Part shown: one piece after another, positions 60,101-64,000 of the stretch
How the letters are laid out: the number at the start of each line of letters is the position of its first letter
Position numbering within the stretch: position 1 is the stretch's first letter
NCBI GenBank assembly: GCA_964447765.1
Contig: CAYUTO010000001.1
Coordinates: 28,110 to 92,109, forward strand
DNA from: an uncultured Gammaproteobacteria bacterium
GTDB taxonomy: Bacteria; Patescibacteriota; Patescibacteriia; Magasanikbacterales; UBA922
Direction of reading: 5' to 3'
Length of the DNA: 64,000 bases
Position numbers and translations under genes: made by a program
The notes under the pieces: model-generated
What the model was told of the DNA's origin: nothing
Databases searched by the model: none
The model's input: only the letters and a program-made list of their open reading frames with translations

Positions 60101-61033
60101 TTAGAGTACTGGTTTTACAGGTGATGGAACCACAGTTCCATCAGTATTTCTTTCAGGTGAAATCAATGAAAAACACTGTCTGCCTACCTCGTGTTCATAG
60201 GCGAACATATCTGATCCATGAGGAACATTAGTGTCCGTGCTCGCCATCTCGAAGGTTGCACACAAATCGTATGTTCGGTCTCCGGTTACGATGTATTCAT
60301 ATGATTCTCCTGTCTCCGGATCACGAAGTTCAGATCCATAATAAGGTGCACGAGTAATCTCTTCAAGAGAATTTGGTAAGTTACCAACTTGGCTGTAATA
60401 CTCATCTATTGAATATTTCAAACTTTGAAGATGTTCTGAGCGCATGCCATCAAAACGTAGAATCCTCTGTTTTGCTGGACTACCGATGAGGAAGAAAGCT
60501 CCGACTACAAATACCACTACCAATCCGATAGCGCCGTATCTGAATAAGTTCCGTCTTCCTTTGGTAAGTGCATCGCGGATATCATAGAGATAGTATGCAA
60601 AAATCATAGCTGCAACCAAGAGGACTGATAGTGCTTTGAGGAAGAATCGAATAGTAAGTTCTCCTGAAAGGAAGCTGTTGAGAATTGAAATGAGAGATCC
60701 AATAATCATGAATGTTGCAACAAACAGAGTTAGATATACGAGCCATTTTCGAACACCTACTGTTTTTAGTTCAGGATTTTTTGTATACCCTTTTTGTAAA
60801 TACCATGCAGACCAGATGTACACCGGGAATACAACTACGAGTGTTGCGATTGCAAAACGAAGAGGTCCATTACTCATGTCGTAGTAATAGTAGTCTGGAA
60901 GAAGCGCATCTGGGAAAAACCGGTTTACGTATTGGAACAGAAGTGTGATAAATGCGGTCGCACTCATGTAGAGTGTGACGATTGAAAGCAAATGAAGAAA
61001 AGTGTCACGTGCTGCTGATTTGTGCTCTGCCAT
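60101..61033 (-). CDS. DUF5671-like membrane protein
   Basis: About 5 TM segments, RKWLVYLTLF, then DPETGESYEY...LCATF. Confidence 0.75.
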   Translation of the reverse strand: MAEHKSAARDTFLHLLSIVTLYMSATAFITLLFQYVNRFFPDALLPDYYYYDMSNGPLRFAIATLVVVFPVYIWSAWYLQKGYTKNPELKTVGVRKWLVYLTLFVATFMIIGSLISILNSFLSGELTIRFFLKALSVLLVAAMIFAYYLYDIRDALTKGRRNLFRYGAIGLVVVFVVGAFFLIGSPAKQRILRFDGMRSEHLQSLKYSIDEYYSQVGNLPNSLEEITRAPYYGSELRDPETGESYEYIVTGDRTYDLCATFEMASTDTNVPHGSDMFAYEHEVGRQCFSLISPERNTDGTVVPSPVKPVL

Positions 61034-61252
61034 AGGAGGATATTTAGGTTAAATTAGCGAAATAAGCGGAGTAAGACGAGCTCTTCAATCCAAGCAACTT
61101 TGGAGCTATAAGTATATACGGTTTCATGTATATAGAGTAACAGATTGCGTGCATAGAGGCAATATTGACAAAAAGCCTTTCATAAGGTATATTTTTTGGT
61201 CAGGTTTTGCAGCACTGGCACAGTTCTTTTCTCGGCTGCATGAGAGTGTCTA

Positions 61253-61606
61253 ATGAAGATTCGTATCAAGAGAGATCCTCGGAACCCGGGTGAAGGTGAA
61301 ATCACTGCTGCGTTTCTGCTCGCGCAGAGGCCGGGCAGTTTCTTTCTCCCGTTCGTGATGGAGGACGGCACAGTGATCGAGCTCAGCGTGGACGAGCTCA
61401 GCTACGAGTCAGGTCAGTCTGGTATGTTCATCCTGGGTGGTCGGATCAAGGGCGGTCCCCGGTACGCCGGTTTCTATAACGCCGCGAATCATGGACCTGG
61501 CTACCCTGACACCGAGCAGGTCAACCTCTTCGGCCAGCCGCGCGAGAAGGTGTTCGGACCGATAACGACCGTCGATGAGGGTACGCTCGGCGCTCGCCCG
61601 CGGTAG
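61253..61606 (+). CDS. GC-rich orphan hypothetical protein (cassette 7)
   Basis: Promoter TTGACA(61165)-17-TATATT; leader stem 61208-61240; 13-bp 3' stem 61617-61659. Confidence 0.75.
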   Translation: MKIRIKRDPRNPGEGEITAAFLLAQRPGSFFLPFVMEDGTVIELSVDELSYESGQSGMFILGGRIKGGPRYAGFYNAANHGPGYPDTEQVNLFGQPREKVFGPITTVDEGTLGARPR

Positions 61607-61687
61607 ACACTACACTGTTCGCACCCATCTTTCGCAGAACGCGATTGATGGGTGCGAACGTTTCAATTCCTTACCAAGGGAATTTTT

Positions 61688-63463
61688 TTATTCAATAAAT
61701 CCACCAACTTGCGTGCCCCAGAGCTCCTGATATATTCCAGTTTTTTTAGTTACTAATGCTTTGTGAGTACCTTGTTCGACTATTTTTCCTTTATCTACCA
61801 CGATAATTCTATCCATGTGCATAATAGTCGAGAGTCGGTGTGCGATTGCGATTACGGTTCTTCCTTTTACTAATTCATGTAATGCCTCCTGAATCATTCG
61901 TTCTGATTCTGAATCAAGACTTGAAGTAGCTTCATCGAGGACGAGAATCGGAGCGTCTTTCAACATTGCGCGTGCCATAGCGATACGCTGACGTTCCCCA
62001 CCAGATAATTTTACCCCGCGCTCCCCTACCATGGTGTCATATCCTTCTGGAAACGACGTAATAAACTCATGACATTGCGCACGCTTGGACGCAATAATCA
62101 TTTCTTTCTCAGTAGCATCAGGTCTTCCATACATAATATTCTCTCTCACACTTCGGTGGAATAACACAGGGTCTTGTGGTACATACGCAATTGCATGCCA
62201 GAGACTTTCCTGCGTTACTTCTGTAATCGGAGTATTATCAATTTTGATCGCACCTTTTGAAACATCATAGTAGCGAAGTAGTAGTTTTACGATAGTTGAC
62301 TTCCCTGCTCCCGAGTGACCAACGAGTGCAATTTTTTCTCCAGGACGTATCACCAGTGAGAAGTCACTGAGTAATGCTTTTTTAGTATTATATTTGAATG
62401 TTACTCGTTCAAACTTAATACCACCTTTTGAAACTTCGAGATTGATTGCATCTTTTTTATCGGTAATTCCATGGGGTGTGTAGTAAATAGCAGCAAATTC
62501 TTTTGCATCTGCAAAATGTTCGTATACGTCACGAAAACTGCGTGCAAAATTCCAAACACGGTTGAAGACTGCGATAGAGTATCCATTTATCAGAACCAAA
62601 TCTCCAATAGTCAGTGTTCCTGCACGCCAAAATTGCAACGCAAGGTACAGGAGTACGATTTCAAATATAGTCATGAGCGCACCTTGTAGTCCATCAAGCT
62701 TAATCGTGAGTACACGTGAGAAGAAACGTCGTGATCGTACTTCCTCTGATACGGTGTCAAAATTCTTTTCTTCTTTGAGGTATGATGAAAATAATTTTAC
62801 ATTCGGATAATTGGTGACAATATCAGCCAATACTCCCGTTTGTTTACTTTCAGCCTCACTTCTGAGCGCATCAAATTTGAGTTTATAGAGACTTGTATAG
62901 TATGTTGCTGTTAAATATAGAATCAACCACCCGAACAGCAGAAGTCCAAATATATAATTGGTCATGAACAATACTACTCCGATCGATATGATTAAAAATC
63001 CTGAGCCGAATAGTGTGTATTGAAGAAAATCGATCATGATTACGGTAAATGCACTTTCGAATTTTCGCATGTCTGAGATAAGCGAACCAATATACTTGTT
63101 TTCAAAAAAATTAAACGAATGACGAAGAGTAGTTTTCAACATTTCGTTATATAATTTTTTTCGTACGTGCATCTCTGCTCGTGCACGAAAGTAGTGGTGT
63201 AGTCTATCTGATATCCAAATAATGCCCAGCAGTCCTAAAATCAAAAACACCGCCTGCAATGCTTCGCTATACGCCATTTCTTTTGTGAAATTTTCATTCG
63301 TCAGCGCATCAATCAATAGTTTGTAGAAATATGGGTATCCGAGATCCCCCGCATTCCACAATACAATAAATATGAGAGAAACAAGAAAAGACCATTTGAA
63401 TGGACGTAAATATTTCCAAAATAACTGGAGTACTTGTTTATTAGTAACTTCGGATGGTTTCAT
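61688..63463 (-). CDS. ABC exporter, fused permease/ATPase (MdlB/MsbA-like)
   Basis: GHSGAGKST, LSGGERQR, LDEATS. Confidence 0.92.
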   Translation of the reverse strand: MKPSEVTNKQVLQLFWKYLRPFKWSFLVSLIFIVLWNAGDLGYPYFYKLLIDALTNENFTKEMAYSEALQAVFLILGLLGIIWISDRLHHYFRARAEMHVRKKLYNEMLKTTLRHSFNFFENKYIGSLISDMRKFESAFTVIMIDFLQYTLFGSGFLIISIGVVLFMTNYIFGLLLFGWLILYLTATYYTSLYKLKFDALRSEAESKQTGVLADIVTNYPNVKLFSSYLKEEKNFDTVSEEVRSRRFFSRVLTIKLDGLQGALMTIFEIVLLYLALQFWRAGTLTIGDLVLINGYSIAVFNRVWNFARSFRDVYEHFADAKEFAAIYYTPHGITDKKDAINLEVSKGGIKFERVTFKYNTKKALLSDFSLVIRPGEKIALVGHSGAGKSTIVKLLLRYYDVSKGAIKIDNTPITEVTQESLWHAIAYVPQDPVLFHRSVRENIMYGRPDATEKEMIIASKRAQCHEFITSFPEGYDTMVGERGVKLSGGERQRIAMARAMLKDAPILVLDEATSSLDSESERMIQEALHELVKGRTVIAIAHRLSTIMHMDRIIVVDKGKIVEQGTHKALVTKKTGIYQELWGTQVGGFIE

Positions 63464-63478
63464 AATGAAGATAATTAT

Positions 63479-63512
63479 ATCATAAAACTCCCCAATTTGG
63501 GGAGTTTTATGA
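63479..63512. terminator. Hairpin ending the atp operon
   Basis: ATCATAAAACTCCCCA / TGGGGAGTTTTATGAT. Confidence 0.75.
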
Positions 63513-63525
63513 TTTCTTGGATACG

Positions 63526-63711
63526 TTACTTTTTTGAAATACTATCTATCTTTTCAGATAAACTGTTTACTTTTGACTGGATTTCATTCAGAGAGCTTAC
63601 TGTTTTGTTTGAATTTTTAACTAATTTTACAATCGCATATATTACTCCAATAAAGATTGCAAAATTTAGTATTTGTCCAAGTGCAAATCCAATTGATATT
63701 GCTGGTTCCAT
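63526..63711 (-). CDS. Small TM plus coiled-coil protein after atpC
   Basis: 61 aa; 2 nt after the atpC stop and before the hairpin. Confidence 0.6.
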   Translation of the reverse strand: MEPAISIGFALGQILNFAIFIGVIYAIVKLVKNSNKTVSSLNEIQSKVNSLSEKIDSISKK

Positions 63712-63713
63712 AG

Positions 63714-64000
63714 TTATCTGGTTGGCCTATATTTCTTTGCAATACGCAATCGATTCATTTCTTTTTCAAGAGAAGCTTGGATGCGTGTGAAGTCTACGTC
63801 TGCAGCTTTTTCTTCTGCTGCAAGTAATTCTTCGGCACGTTTTCGTCCTGCTTCAGCACGCTCAAGATCAATTTCTTCTACTCGCTCAGCGCTATCTGCC
63901 AATATATATACGGTATTGTCTTTTCGAATTTCAGCTACTCCACCGGATACTGCAATAGGAACTTCGTGATCTTTTTTGTATACAATCAACTCCCCTGCAT
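63714..64000 (-). CDS. atpC: ATP synthase epsilon subunit (5' part outside the window)
   Basis: AVSGG, ILADSAE, IDLERAEAGRKRAEE. Confidence 0.9.
   Translation of the reverse strand, partial: AGELIVYKKDHEVPIAVSGGVAEIRKDNTVYILADSAERVEEIDLERAEAGRKRAEELLAAEEKAADVDFTRIQASLEKEMNRLRIAKKYRPTR

Noticed and set aside
5310-61659. Orphan cassettes as integron cassettes
   Set aside because: They are dispersed, mostly carry their own promoters, lack consistent RYYYAAC/GTTRRRY attC ends, and no integrase is present.

Overview
A 64-kb, mostly AT-rich chromosomal segment. Gene content suggests a Patescibacteria/CPR bacterium (Parcubacteria/ABY1-like, standard code; inferred). It carries housekeeping genes (cysS, pyrH, dnaG-rpoD, gltX, serS, lysS, proS, greA, clpB, fmt), cell-wall genes (murE, murF, femX-like, mreBCD-mrdA, ftsQ-like, two M23 peptidases), an Rrf2-iscS-sufBDSUC-ferredoxin Fe-S cluster, a truncated VirD4-like ATPase at the left edge and atpC at the right edge. 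Gene orientation flips around a dif-like site at 35271-35298, so this is probably the replication terminus, next to a small AT-rich island and a lexA locus with Cheo-type boxes. The most unusual signals are: (1) seven dispersed, GC-richer orphan mini-genes built alike (own sigma70 promoter, clear in six of seven; 5' leader hairpin; purine-rich RBS; long 3' hairpin), one of them inserted antisense between sufB and sufD; (2) two tandem, apparently paralogous structured non-coding units at 14.75-15.36 kb; (3) a circularly permuted DsbA-family protein. No rRNA, tRNA, CRISPR array or transposase was recognised. All calls are by eye; no searches or folding computations were run.
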